Origin: Malacoraja senta
Lineage: Eukaryota
DNA: 64,000 nt
Assembly (NCBI GenBank): GCA_038087875.1
Contig: CM075999.1
Span: forward strand, 3,412,001 to 3,476,000
Direction: 5' to 3'
Below, in pieces: positions 38,685 to 52,105 of the stretch; position 1 is the stretch's first letter; every line of letters starts with the position of its first letter. The position numbers and the translations under genes were made by a program. The notes under the pieces are model-generated. The model did not search any database and was not told where the DNA came from. It was given only the letters and a program-made list of their open reading frames with translations.

Positions 38685-39280
38685 TCCTGTCGGGACCGGC
38701 CGGCCAGAACTTCGGCTTTGGCGACGGCGCAGCGCTGAGGCACCATCGCGGAGCGGGCGATGCCTTACCTGGGTCGCCGTGTGGTAAGCTCCGGAGTGCT
38801 GAGACCGCCGACTCCAACATCGCGGAGCTGTGGTCGCAGAGCGTCCAGCCGCTGAGTTTAAACACCGCGGAGCCTGGGATCTCTCGCCGAGATCGCCAGT
38901 AGTTGGAGCTCCGACCAACACGGCCTGTGGACTACGGGAGCCGTGGTCTCTGGCAGCAAGCGGCCGTTCCAGACACTCCAAGCCGCTGAGAGTGTTCTCC
39001 CGACGCCGGAGCTCCATCATCCGGCGAGAGGGCCTGAAACATCGGGCCGCCATCGCAGCGACTGCGGAGGCCTCAAATAGGCCCGACCATGGGTGGACAA
39101 GAGGAAGTGGACTGGACTTTGCTGCCTTCCCCCACAGTGGGAACCATTGTGTGGGGGATGTTTTTATGTTTAATGTTAAATTCTCTAATGTTGTGTTTTA
39201 TTTTTATTGGTGTGCTGCAATGGCTACTCATATCTCACTGCACCAATTGGTGTAAGTGACAATAAATGTCCTTTGTCCTT
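38685..39280 (+). mobile_element. Unclassified CpG-rich non-coding retroposon; relatives at ~12790-13195(+), ~31795-32470(-) and 3' end only at ~1490-1705(+)
   Basis: The copies share a GC-rich body, a GC(C)TTCCNNCACAGTG...TGTGNNGGATGTTT hairpin, a T-rich segment and an AATAAA-containing 3' end followed by a short-repeat tail. Confidence 0.55.
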
Positions 39281-42257
39281 TGAAGATCCCCTCTCAATTG
39301 TACTATCACTTATGACCTTATGATCTGCAGTTCCCTCCGACACATTCTTGCAGTATTGTTGTGGGTCAGCAGGGGGCAGGCGTGTACCACGCTGGAGCTG
39401 GTGGGCACAGGACTGCGTTGTTTGTCCATGACTGTGTCTCCTTGCAGCAACACTGTCTGCCTCCAGGGATGTATGTGGCTCAGATATCACAGTGAGCTGG
39501 ATATCGCAGTGAGCACAAATCTCCTCGTGGCCAGGCTGACCAAATACTCCACTGACAAATACACCTCCCTTCTATCGACTCCATCTACACCTCACGCTGC
39601 CTCGGCAAGGCCAGCAGCATAATCAAGGACCAGTCTCACCCCGGCCACTCCCTCTTCTCCCCTCTCCCATCGGGCAAGAGGTACAGAAGTGTGAAAACAA
39701 ACGCACACCTCCAGATTCAGGGACAGTTTCTTCCCGGCTGTTATCAGGCAACTGAACCGTCCTCTCACCACAACCAGAGAGCGGTCCTGAACTACTATCA
39801 CCATTTTGATGTTGACTCTCCTTGATCGGACTTTGCTGGCTTTACCTTGCACTAAATGCTATTCCCTTATCCTGTATCTGTACACTGTGAATGACTCGAT
39901 TGTAATCATGTATTGTTTTGACCGGTTAGCCCGCAACAAAAAGCTTTTCACTGTGGCTCGGTACACACGACAATGAACGAAACTGAACTGAACTCCCAGC
40001 TCGACACAACATTGCCTCCTCTGACACGAGGCAGTACAATTGTTAAGCAAATCCTGTTTGCAGTCTGCTTCTCTCCTTCAGTTCTGTGCAGAGCTGCACC
40101 TAGCGTGATATAATGAGTGGTGCAGCGTGGATGAGTTTGGCCCAACTACCTCCCACTTGCCCCAGGGCTCCTCTCTTTGCTTGTCAGTAGAAATTCCCCT
40201 TCCTCGCCTCCATGACGTTAGCAGTGGAAGGTCAAACATTCTCACGCACAGATCCCCAGCTTACAGCAGTGGGGATGATGACGTCTCGTTGTAGCCGAGC
40301 TTTCACAATTAGGTTGACGAAAGAACTGCAGATGCTGGTCTGAAGAAGGGTCTCGACCCGAAATGTTGCCAATTCCTTCTCTCCATAGATGCTGGCGAGA
40401 GAATTCCTTCTCTCCATAGATTCTCTCCATAAATACTCCAGCATCTCCTTACAATGAGGTTGTTAGGCTTCAGGTAAAGCTAAGTTTCAGGTACCAAACC
40501 TCATTGCGAATTAGGACCCAACTCTCCCTCTTATTGATGGTAAGATGCAGCTCGGAAACAGGCCCTTCCGCCCACTGAGTCCGTGCCAACCATCGAACAC
40601 CCATTCACACTTGTTCTAGGTTACCCCAGATTCTCATCCACTCCCAGCTGCATGGTGGCTCAGCGGTAGAGTTGCTGCCTCAGAGACTCCGGTTCCATCC
40701 TGATTACAGGTGCTGTCTGTACAGAGTTTGTACCTTCTCCCGAAGATAGATACACAGCGTGCTGAAGTAACTCTAACTCAGTGGGCCAGGCAGCATCTCT
40801 GGAGATAAAGGATGGATGGGTGACGTTGTAACTCAGTGGGCCAGGCAGCATCTCTGGGGGAAAAGGATGGATGGGTGACGTTTCGAGTCGGGACCTTTCT
40901 TCAGACTTTAATACCTTCTCCCCGTGCCCGCGTGGGTTTTCTCCGGGTGCTCCCATTTCCTCCCACATTCCAAAGACGTGCGGATTTGTAGGCTAATTGG
41001 CCATCTGTAAATTGTCCTTAGTGTGGAGGAGAGAGCTAGTGTACAGGTGATCGCTGTCCAGCACAGACTCGGTGGGCCGAATGGCCTGCTTTCATGCTGT
41101 TTCTCTAGATGCTTTCAAGAGAGAGCTAGATAGGGCTCTTAAAGATAGCAAAGTCAAGGGATATGGGGAGAAGGCAGGAACGGGGTACTGATTGGGGATG
41201 ATCAGCCATGATCACAGTGAATGGCGGTGCTGGCTCGAAGGGCCGAATGGCCTACTCCTGCACCTATTGTCTATTGTCTGTAACTAAATACCTGGGGCAA
41301 CTTACAGATGTTGTTTATTAGATTAATTAGTCTAGTATTTTGTTTATAGTTACAGCACGAAAACAGGCCCTTCGGCCCACCGAGTCACACCTTCCAGTGA
41401 TCACCCCATATACTAGCACTATCCTACACACACTCGGGACAATCTATAATTACCAGAAGCCAGTTAACCTACAAACCTGGACGTCTGGTGGAGTGTGGGA
41501 GGAAACTGGAGCGCCCGGGAGAAAACCCACGCAGGTCACGGGGAGAACGTACAAACTCCGTACAGACAGGACCCGTGGTCGGGATCGAACCTGAGTCTCC
41601 GGCGCTGTGAGGCAGCAGCTCTACCCGCTGCACCACCGTGCCGTCCTGAAGAAGGGTCCTGACCTGCTCACGTGCTCCTGGTCCAGAAACGTTCACTGAT
41701 TTGCGAAGAGGAGTGGGGATTGTGACACCATCTTGCCTCTTCTTCCCCAGACCTGGTCTGTTGTGGTTACAGGAGCCAACGATCTGGCTGAGATCATCTC
41801 TGTCAAAGTGTGAGGAGGACTTCACACCGTGCGTGTGGGCAAGAGGGTCCGTGCCAGCATGTGCTTTCTCACCATCTGAGAGGAAGGCTGATCAAAGTTA
41901 TAGAGACACAGAAAATAGGTGCAGGAGTAGGCCATTCGGCCTTCGAGCCAGCACCGCCATTCAATGCAATCATGGCTGATCATCCAGAATCAGTACCTCG
42001 TTCCTGCCTTCTCCCCATATCCCTTGATTCCCATTAGCCCTCAGAGCTAAATCTAAATGAATTGGCCTCCACTGCCTTCTGTGGCAGAGAATGCCACAGA
42101 TTCACAACTCTCTGGGTGAAAAAGATTTTCCTCATCTCAGTCCTAAATGGCCGACTCCTTATTCTTAAACTGTGACCCCCCCTGGTTCTGGACTCCCCCA
42201 ACATCAGGAACATTTTTCCTGCATCTAGTCTGTCCAATCCCTTCAGAATTTTATGTT

Positions 42258-42410
42258 AACACACACACACACAAATACAGTCAGACACACACACATACAA
42301 ATACGCACACACACACACACACACACAAATACAGTCAGACACACACAGACACACACACATACAAATACGCACACATACACATGCGCACACACACATACAC
42401 ATATGTGTGT
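42258..42410 (+). repeat. (CA)n-rich compound microsatellite
   Basis: Directly visible. Confidence 0.9.
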
Positions 42411-42889
42411 CAGACTGAAAAACGGTCTCGACCCGAAACGCCACCCATTCCTCTCTCCAGAGATGCTGCCTGAGCCGTTGATTTACTCCAGCATTCTGTG
42501 TCTAACTTCGATTTAAACCAGCATTTGCAGTTCTTTCCTCTCTATATATATATATATATAAGTATATGTGTGTGTGTGTATATATTTGTTGTTTATTACG
42601 GTGTTTACAGAGTACTATGTTTACATATGTGCCTAGATGGGGCATGTTGGTCAGCATGGTTATGTTGGGCCGAAGGGCCTGTGTCTGTGCTGTGACGATG
42701 ACTATCCAGATGAAGACATTCACCCACAGCAGGCACCGCCAGTTAATGAGAAACACTCGCACATTGGTCCGCTCATGAATCACCGCTATTTTTTTTTCAG
42801 TACATGCTGTTCTGGGTCTGCTTGTTCCAGAAACAATGTCAGCCCAATAATCCCCCACCCCCTGCCAGATATTGCCCATGAACCAAGCA

Positions 42890-43247
42890 GCTCTCCTTCC
42901 CTCACTCTCCCTCCCTCTATCTATCTCTCTCTCCCCCTCTCTCTCTCACTGTCTCTCTCCCCTCTCTCTCACCTTCTCTCTCTCTCCCTCCCTCTCTCCC
43001 TCCATCTATCCCTCTCCCCTTGTCTCTCTCTCACCTTCTCTCTCTCTCTCTCCCTCTATCTCTCTCTCCCCCTCTATCTCTCTCTCCCCCTCTCTCTCAC
43101 CTTCTCTCTCTCTCCCTCTCTCTCTCCCTCCCTCTATCCCTCTCCCTTGTCTCTCTCTCACCTTCTCTCTCTCCCTCCCTCTATCTCTCTCTCCCCCTCT
43201 CTCTCACCTTCTCTCTCTCCCCCTCTCTCCCTCTATCTCTCTCCCCT

Positions 43248-43283
<36 letters not shown>

Positions 43284-43415
43284 CCCCACTCTCTCTCACT
43301 GTCTCTCTCTGCCCATTCTCTTTCTCTCTCCCCCACACTGTCTCCCTCTCTCTCCCCTTCTCTCTTTCCCTATCTCTCTCTCCCCCTCTCCCTCCCTCTC
43401 TCCCTCTCTCCCCCC
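42890..43415 (+). repeat. CT-rich polypyrimidine low-complexity tract
   Basis: Directly visible (CTCTCTCCC-type units). Confidence 0.95.
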
Positions 43416-46282
43416 CCGCGCAGTCTACAGCCAAAGGCTGAATGCAAAGGCCGGCTGTTGTACCAAAAGACCTTACAGTTTGATGTCCAAGCTGCCTGCG
43501 ATAGAGCCAGCTTTGTGAGTGGTGTGTCAGTACAGCCAGCACACACCACAGCTGGCGTCCCCACTGCTAGCAAGTTGCTGCAGGAAAATGAAATGCCTCG
43601 CGTTCCATCTCCAGCATAAATCAGTCGGCAAGAAAACGCAAGGAGCAAATCAAAGGGAAACGATAAAGATATTAATTAAAAGTGGCTGGACAGAGATAAA
43701 GCAAAGAGCAAAAAAAAAATTATATACATATATATATATATTTTCGGTGAACGATTAACTGGAAGTGTAAAATTCGCAGGATTTTCGCTGCTACAAAGAA
43801 ATAATTCGGGTTTCAAATATCAATAACAGTTTCAAAATTCGAGCAGATGTTTTTAAAGAAGCTCAGATGTTGTGTGTTTGTTTTTTCTGCCTGCCTGTGT
43901 GGAGGAGATGTGTGTGTACTGGATCTGGGAGATGTAATACCAAGCGGAGCTGAGATGACTGGATGGTTGAAGTACTTGGATTCACAGTAGGGGTAGCATT
44001 GATCATGAATTCAGCTGGCGTACAGGGTCAGAGCAGCTCTGGGAGATGCCTGCCTGGGACTGTGCAACATGGGACACGGAGACCGCTAACCCAGCCAGTG
44101 TAGTCTAGTTTAGTTTACAGATACAGCGCAGAAACAGGCCCTTCGGCCCACCGAGTCCGCGCCAACCAGCGATCCTAAGTCTACTTGATCACCTGAAGTG
44201 TGAAGAAGTCCAAAGAAGTATCTCGACCTGAAACATTAGCCATCTTTTTACTCGAGAGATGCTGCCTGACCCGCTGAGTTACTCCAGCACTTTGTGTCTA
44301 TCGTCTGTGTAAACCAGCACCTGCAGTTCCTTCCTACACATTTATTTCATTTTCAGTTCCACAAAAACCAACAAAAATCTTCAAAAACTTTTGTGTTAGC
44401 TGGTGCTTCATTCTTTTTGGATCAATTGAAAGATACAGCGTGGAAACAGGCCCTTCGGCCCACCGCGTCCATGCTGGCATCACAGGTTGAAACGTTGAAA
44501 CCACCAAATATTGTAAAAACCCACCAGGTTCACGCATACAACGAGAAGGATGTTTCTACTGGTGGGAGAGTCTAGGACCAGAGGGCACAGCCTCAGAATT
44601 AAAGGGCGCTCTTTTAGAAAGGAGGTGAGGAGGGACCTCTTTAGTCAGAGGGTGGTGAATCTGTGGAACTCATTGCCACAGACGGCTGTGGAGGCCAAGT
44701 CAATGGATATTTTTAAGGCAGAGATAGATAGATTCTTGATTAATACGGGTGTCAGGGGTTACGGGGAGAAGGCAGGAGAATGGGGTTGGGAGGGAGAGAT
44801 CAGCCATGATCGAATGGCAGAGTAGACTCGATGGGCCGAATGGCCAAATTTAGTTTAGTTTGGAGATACAGCGTCCACCCAGTCCGCACCAACCAGCGAT
44901 CCCCGCACGCTAACACTATCCTACACACACTCGGGACAATTTACATCTACACCAAGCCGATTAACCTACAAGCCTGGACGTCTTTGGAGTGCGGGAGGAA
45001 ACCGAAGATTTTGGAGAAAACCCACGCAGGTCACGGGGAGAACGTGCAAACTCCGTACAGACAGCGCCCGTAGTCAGGATCGAACCCGGGTCTCTGGCAC
45101 TGCGAGCGCTGTAAGGCAGCAACTCTACCGCTGCACCACCGTGACTGCCCTACATTCTACCGCTATAACTTGTGAACTTGTGAGAGAAGAAGGTGTCCGC
45201 TCCTTGATGTGGTCTGGTCTATACATGACACCAGCTGACAGAATCCTCGTTGACCTTCAGCTGCCTCCGGAAAACACTGGGTTCAAGAGGCAAATAGGGA
45301 TCAGGAATGAATGCCTTTCCACATCCTGAGTTATTGATTAAAGGTTACAGCATTGAAACAGGCCATTCTGCCCATCGAGTCCCTTCTTCAGTGTCATCAG
45401 GCAACTGAAACATTCTACCAACAACTAAAGAGCGATTGTAGGGAGAGGTTGAGCAGGCTGGGACTCTATTCCTTGGAGCGCAGGAGGATGAGGGGTGATC
45501 TTATAAAGGTGTATGAAATCATGAGAGGAATAGATCGGGTAGATGCACAGAGACTCTTGCCCAGAGTAGGGGAATCGAGGACCAGAGGACATAGGTTTAA
45601 AGTGAAGGGGGGGAAGATTTAATAGGAATCTGAGGGGTAACATTTTCACACAAAGGGTGGTGGGTGTATGGAGGTAGTTGAGGCTGGGACTATCCCAACA
45701 TTTAAGAAAACAGTTAGACAGGTACATGGATAGGACAGGTTTGGAGGGATAGGGGGCAAGCACAACCGGGTGTGATGTGTAGATGGGGCATGTTGGCCGA
45801 TGTGGGCAAGACGGGCCAGATGGCCTGTTTCCACACTGTATTACTCTATGACGCTATGAACGTTGAAATCTCCAATTTTAGGCTCCCTCTAACTAACCCC
45901 ATGTGTCCCACCTGGACTCCGACCAATTCTGCCCTCCCCCTCTTTCCCCATCCACCCTCCACCCCACTCTACCCCCTCCAACCCCTCCCCCTCCACCGCC
46001 CCTCCCCCCTCCAACTCCCCCTCCCCTCCCCATTCTGTCCACTCCCTCCACGATTGTAATCATGTATTGTCTTCCCGCTGACTGGTCAGCGAGCAACAAA
46101 AGGTTTTCACTGTACCTCGGTACACGTGACAATAAACTAAACTCCAACTGTAACAGATGCTGCCTGAGACGCTGAGTTCCTCCAGCACTTTGTGTTTTGC
46201 TCAGGTTTTCAGCATCTGCATTTCCTCGTGTCTCTGTGTTATCTATTGATCTTCCTTTGCTCCCTAATGTGGTTTGGGTGAT

Positions 46283-46584
46283 CACGGTGGTGCAGCGGTA
46301 GAGTTGCTGCCTTACAGCGCTTGCAGCACCGGAGACCTGGGTTCGATCCCGACTGCGGGTGCTGTCTGTACGGAGTTTGTACGTTCTACCCTGCGCGGGT
46401 TTTCTCCAAGATCTTTGGTTTTCTCCCACACTCCAAAGACGTGCAGGTTTGTAGGTTATTTGGCTTTGGTGTAAATGTAAAATTGTCCCTAGTTTGTGTA
46501 GGATAGTGTTAGTGTGTGGGGATCGCTGGTCGACGCGGACTCGGTGGGCCGAAGGGCCTGTTTCCGTGCTGTATCTCTAAACTA
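46283..46584 (+). mobile_element. tRNA-derived V-SINE (HE1-like); other plus-strand copies at 1-92 (3' end), ~40655-41108, ~47305-47730, ~55452-55760, ~60545-60823
   Basis: Same A/B boxes, V-domain and tail. Confidence 0.82.
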
Positions 46585-48204
46585 ATATCTAATCTATCGT
46601 TATGGGGGGGGGGTGGAGGGTGGAATTTGTAACTTGATAAGCACCCTTTATGGGCGACTATTTGGCAAGGTACGCAAACAAAGAATGTCCCTGTGACTTG
46701 TCACACGTGGTAATAAAGTTATCCTTGTTCCCCTGCGAGTCGCTAAAATCGCGGTCAGCAGTTCACTGAAATCTTTCTTCACCTTTGGAAATGGAGCCTT
46801 TGTCAAATCGTAATAATTGCTTCACATGGTAGCCTGGTGAAATCACTGCTGGGGCTTCTGCCCGATTAGAAGCGCTGGCAGTTTTATTGAGCTTTCATCA
46901 ACGTCCTCGGAAAGGCTACCTTGGCCTTGACTGAGTTACATCATTACTGATTAGCCATCCCATTAGCCTTCAAGATCTCACAGGGACATTTGTGATTCAA
47001 AGCCTCCTATTTATTCTCATCAGTCTCTGGGCTTGACACTTCACGTAAGTACTACAGGAATACATAATCTAATTCTGCCATTGATTATAGTGTACTTGTT
47101 CAATCAAATATGACTCCATTTATTGAAGCCATTGCTAGTTTATTCAGCACAAGACTCTTTAGTTATCCGGACTATTGCAATTCCACGACTGAATTCAATG
47201 GCTGGGCTAATAAGATAAACAAATTATTCATATCAGTGATGAGATATCAGCATTTTCCTCACTGTTAATATCAACGTACCGACAGTTCACTGTTAATTAT
47301 GGGTGGCACGGTGGTGTAGCGGGTAGAGTCGCTGCCCCACAGCAGCAGAGACCCGGGTTCGATCCTGACCTCGGGTGCTGTCTGTGTGGAGTTTGCACGT
47401 TCATAATTTCAAAAGGTTACTCAGCCCATCAAGTCTACTCCGCCATTCAATCAAGGCTGATCTATCTTTCCCTCTCAACCCCATTCTCCTGCCTTCTCCC
47501 CGTAACCCCTGACACCTTATACCTATGACCGCGTGGGTTTCCCCCGGGTGCTCTGGTTTCCTTCCACATCCCAAAGATGTGTGGGTTTGTAGGTTAATTG
47601 TCCTCTCCCAATTGTCCCTAGTGTGTAGGGAGTGGATGAGAAAGTGGGATAACTAGTGTGAATGATACTCGGCATGGACATGGTCGGCAAATGGCCTGTT
47701 TCCATAATGCAGCTTTAAACTAAACTAAATTAATCATAAATAGACACAAAAAGCTGGAGTAACTCAGCGGGACAGGCAGCGCCTCTGGAGAGAAGGAATG
47801 GGTGACGTTTCATCCCCCGAAACGTCACCCATTCCTTCTCTCCAGAGATGCTCTTTGGACTAAACTAATCTGTAAACTAAAGTAAAGTTCTTAATCTTAT
47901 GCCGAGCTTGGACAAGATGAACCATCGTTAAGTCAAATGATAATCTAATTGAAGGGTTTGGATGTTTGTAAAGAAGACATCTTTGCTGCTGTAGTTTGTG
48001 ATTTTGCAAACACCACAATTGAATTAGGAGCCTGTAATTCACTCTGAGCGATCCCTCGTGGAGTTGAAGCAGAGTTGTAGAGTCTTCTGTCTCGGATAGC
48101 CTCGCTGATTCAGCCCTCGATCTCATCTCATTTACTCAGAAGCCCACATCAGCAAATAAATTAAATGTCGGGGCAAATGTTTCAACCCGCACAGTGGATG
48201 GAAG

Positions 48205-48800
48205 TGTAGGAAGGAACTGCAGATGTTGGTTGAAACCGAAGATAGACACAAAAAGTTGCAGTAACTCAGTGGGACAGGCAGCATCTCTGGAGAGAAGGTA
48301 TGGGTGACGTTTCAGGTCGAGACCCTACTTCAGACCGGTTAGGGATAAGGGAAACGAGAGATATAGATGGTGATGTAGAGGGATAAAGAACAATGAATGA
48401 AAGATATGGAAAAAAGTAACGATGACAAAGGCAACAGGCCATTGTTAGCTGTTTGTTGGGTGAAAACGAGAAGCTGGTGCGACTTGGGTGGGGGAGGGAT
48501 AGAGAAAGAGGGAATGCCGGGGTTACTTGAAGTGAGAAACATCTATATTGATACCACTGGGCTGTAAGCTGCCCAAGCGAAATATGAGATGCTGTTCCTC
48601 CAATTTGCGTTTGGCCTCACTCTGACAATGGTGGAGACCGAGGACGAAAGGTCTTGTAGGAATGGGAAGGAGAATTAAAGTGTTTGGCAACTGGGAGTTC
48701 AGGTAGGTTCAGGTGGACTGAGCGAAGGTGTTCAGCGAAACGATCGCCCAGTCTGCGTTTGGTCTCGCCGATGTAGAAGAGTCCACATCATGAACAACCT
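48205..48800 (-). mobile_element. Penelope-like element fragment (second subfamily)
   Basis: The minus strand carries a degenerate YIGETKRRLGDRFAEH...[11 protein letters not shown] followed by pLTR sequence. Confidence 0.75.
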
Positions 48801-49274
48801 CGCCGATGTATAAGCTGAATTATGTTTTTCAAACCCAGAGCATTATTGCAGAGCCAAGTATTCTGACTTACCAGGTGATTAACTATAAAAAGGTTTGTGT
48901 TTTTTTTAAACTATGGTATTTGCCTCGTCACCATCAGAGGGATGAACACAAAGGCAGCTAATATCCTCAAAGACACACACACCACCCTGGCCACGCTCTC
49001 ATCCAGAAACAGAGAACTACAGATAGACACACGATAAAGCTGGAGTAACTCAGCGAGACAGGCAGCATCACCGGGAGAGAAGGAACGGGTGATGTTTCAG
49101 GTCGAGACCCTTCTTCAGACTGAGAGTCAGGGGAGAGGGAGACACAGAGATAAGGAAGGGTAAGTGTGAAAACGAGAGATCAAAGGAGACGAACTTCAAG
49201 AAAGATCAAGTAGATTAGATAAGGTACACAAAAAAGCTGGAGAAACTCAGCGGGTGCAGCAGCATCTATGGAGC

Positions 49275-49432
49275 GAAGGAAATAGGCAACGTTTCGGGAC
49301 GAAACCCTTCAGGAAGGAAATAGGCAACGTTTCGGGCCGAAACCCTTCAGGAAGGAAATAGGCAACGTTTCGGGCCGAAACCCTTCAGGAAGGAAATAGG
49401 CAACGTTTCGGGCCGAAACCCTTCTTCAGACT
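49275..49432 (-). repeat. 4 x 38-bp tandem repeat of the pLTR hammerhead segment
   Basis: Unit GAAGGAAATAGGCAACGTTTCGGGCCGAAACCCTTCAG starts at 49275, 49313, 49351 and 49389. Confidence 0.92.
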
Positions 49433-49787
49433 GATAGGGGGTGGGTTAGCTTGGGGAAGGTGACAATGAAGCATTCAAAGATAACATTTAATCAGGAGGA
49501 CAGTCAGACTGGTCGTAGAACAAGCATGGGGGAGGGGATGGAGAGAGAGGGAAAGCAAGGGTTACCTGAAGTTAGAGAAGTCAATGTTCATACCGCTGGG
49601 GTGTAAGCTGCCCAAGCGAAATATGAGGTGCTGTTCCTCCACTTTGTGTTGGGGCTCTGATAGATGCTGGTTAATACACAAAAATGACACAAAGTGCTGG
49701 AGTAACTCAGCAGGTCAGGCAACGTCTCTGGAGAAGTTACTTTTTGGGTCGCGAGCCTTCTTCAGACTACTCTTTCATCTCCGCTTT

Positions 49788-50244
49788 GAGACCAAGCGGA
49801 GGCTTGGCGATCGTTTCGCCGAACACCTCCGGTCGGTCCGCAATAACCAACCTGAACTCCCGGTGGCTCAGCACTTCAACTCCCCTCCCATTCCGTATCT
49901 GACCTCTCTGTCTTGGGTCTCCTCCATGGCCACAGCGAGCAACACCGTAAATTGGAGGAAATGCACCTCATATTCCGCTTGGGTAGTCTACATCCTGGGG
50001 GCTTGAACATTGAATTCTCACAATTCTGCTAGCCCTTGCTGTCCCCTCCCCTTCATCAGCCATCTGGTTGTCTCCTCCCCTCCCCCAGCCCTCGGGCTCC
50101 TCCTCTGCCTTTTTCCTTTTTTCCTTTCTTCTCCCCACCCCCTATCAGTCTGAAGAAGGGGTTTCGGCCCGAAACATTACCTATTTCCTTCGCTCCATAG
50201 ATGCTGCTGCACCCGCTGAGTTTCTCCAGCATTTTTGTGTACCT
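49788..50244 (+). mobile_element. Penelope-like element 3' fragment
   Basis: ETKRRLGDRFAEHLRSVRNNQP in ORF 49584..50006, followed by a pLTR. Confidence 0.85.
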
Positions 50245-50388
50245 ACTCTTTCATCTCGCTGCTACCATCGGTAAGAAGGCACAGAAGCCTAAGAACCTTG
50301 ATTTCCAGGTGCAAGAACAGTTTCTTCTTCCCAGCAACCACCAGGCTCTTGAACCATCCTGCCCAACATTAAGCACATAGACTTCAGA

Positions 50389-50680
50389 GACACAGTGTGG
50401 AAACATGGCCTTCAGCCCCACCGAGTCCGCGCCGACCAGCGATCCCCACACACTAACACTATCCTACACACACTAGGGACAATTTACAATTTTACCAAAA
50501 CCAATTAACCTACAGACCTGTACGCCTTTGGAGTGTGGGAGGAAACCGGAGCACCCGGAGAAAACCCACGCAGGTCACGGGGAGAACGTACAAACTCCGT
50601 ACAGACAGCACCCGTAGTCAGGATGGAACCCAGGTCTCTGGCGCTGTGAGGCAGCAACTCTACCGCTGCACCACTGCGCT
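50389..50680 (-). mobile_element. tRNA-derived V-SINE (HE1-like); other minus-strand copies at ~5172-5446, 10302-10567, 20902-21105, 41352-41643, 44860-45143, 57961-58248
   Basis: Reverse complement of the same SINE consensus. Confidence 0.82.
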
Positions 50681-51591
50681 AATTGTAGATGGATTTTTAT
50701 GAGAAGCTGGTGGTTTTGAGGTTTCCAACACTGATGCTAATTGGCCTGCGTTAGTGAGCCAGATGGTCTAGAATAAGCTGCAAGACCCTCCAATAATCTG
50801 AACTAATCAGTGAAAAATGTAAGATCATAGAATCAGTGAAATGTTCTGCCATAAGATGTCGTGTCTGTACCAGCTCCCACCAGACCCATTCCTCTCTCCT
50901 GGAACCTTGCAAACATTCTCAAGTCCTTTGTACGGAACAGTGAAAAGCCTGGATAGAGTGGATGTGGAGAGGATATTTCCACTAGTGGGAGAGTCTAGGA
51001 CCAGAGGGCTCAGCCTCAGAATTAAAGGATGTACCTTTAGGAAGGAGATGAGGAGGAATTTCTTCAGTCAGAGGGTGGCGAATCTGTGGAATTCATTGCC
51101 ACAGGCGGCTGTGGAGGTCAAGTCAATGGATATTTTTAACGTGGAGATTGACAGATACTTGATTAGTACTGGTGACTGGGGTTATGGGGAGAAGGCAGGA
51201 GAATGGGGTTGAGAGGAAGAGATGGATCAGCCATGATTGAATGATGGAGTGGAGTTGATGGGCCGAATGGCCTAATTCTGCTCCTAGAACTTATGAACAT
51301 GAACTTTTTGAAGACCATGATTGATTCTGGATGTGGCAACGTTGAGCTCCAGATGGTAAACACACTCTGTTGTCCTTACACCTTGCATATCCTGCCCCTA
51401 AAACTTCTCCTACACCAAGTTCCTCATCATATCCTGGCCACAATGTCGAACATGGCAATCCAACTTCCATTCTGTATGTCTGCAAGAGTCTGGTTAAAAA
51501 CTGGACCTATTCTAAAGAGAGACACATAGTGCTGGAGTAATTCAGCGGGTCAGGCAGCATCTCTGGAGAACATGGATAGGTGACGTGTTCA

Positions 51592-52105
51592 AGAAGGAAC
51601 TGCAGATGCTGGAAATCGAAGGTAGACAAAAGTGCTGGAGAAACTCAGCGGGTGGGGCAGCATCTATGGAGCGAAGGAAATAGGCAACGTTTCGGGCCAA
51701 AGATCCTCTAGTATATTTGCTTCAGACTGATGTAGGTTGGGGGGGGGGGGGGGCAGGAAGAAGAAAGGAAGAGGAGGAGTCAGAGGACTGAGGGAGAGCT
51801 GAGAAGGGGAGGAGACAGCAAGGGCTACCGGAAATTGGAGAATTCAATGTTAATGCCGCTAGGGTGCATACTGCCCAAGCGGAATATGAGGTGCTGTTCC
51901 TCCAGTTTCCGGTGGTGCTCACTCTGGCCATGGAGGAGGCCCAGGACAGAAGGGTCGGATTCGGAATGGGAGGGGGAGTTGAAGTGCTGAGCCACAGGGA
52001 GATCAGGTTGGTTAATGCGGACCGAGCGGAGGTGTTGGGCGAAGCGATCGCCAAGCCTACGCTTGGTCTCACCGATGTAGAGCAGCTGACACCTAGAGCA
52101 GCGGA
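51592..52105 (-). mobile_element. Penelope-like element 3' fragment
   Basis: Homologous to 18120-18634 on the opposite strand. Confidence 0.85.

Noticed and set aside
38240..39110. GC-rich block with overlapping ORFs as a gene promoter or coding exon
   Set aside because: Explained by a Harbinger-type MITE with TIRs and TSD plus a repeat that has relatives elsewhere in the window.
41751..41813. Plus-strand acceptor followed by TWSVVVTGANDLAEIISVKV-stop as a terminal exon
   Set aside because: No recognisable homology and no partner exons.
42637..43619. 293/189/199-aa Leu-Ser-Pro ORFs
   Set aside because: Stop-free reading of a CT microsatellite-like tract.
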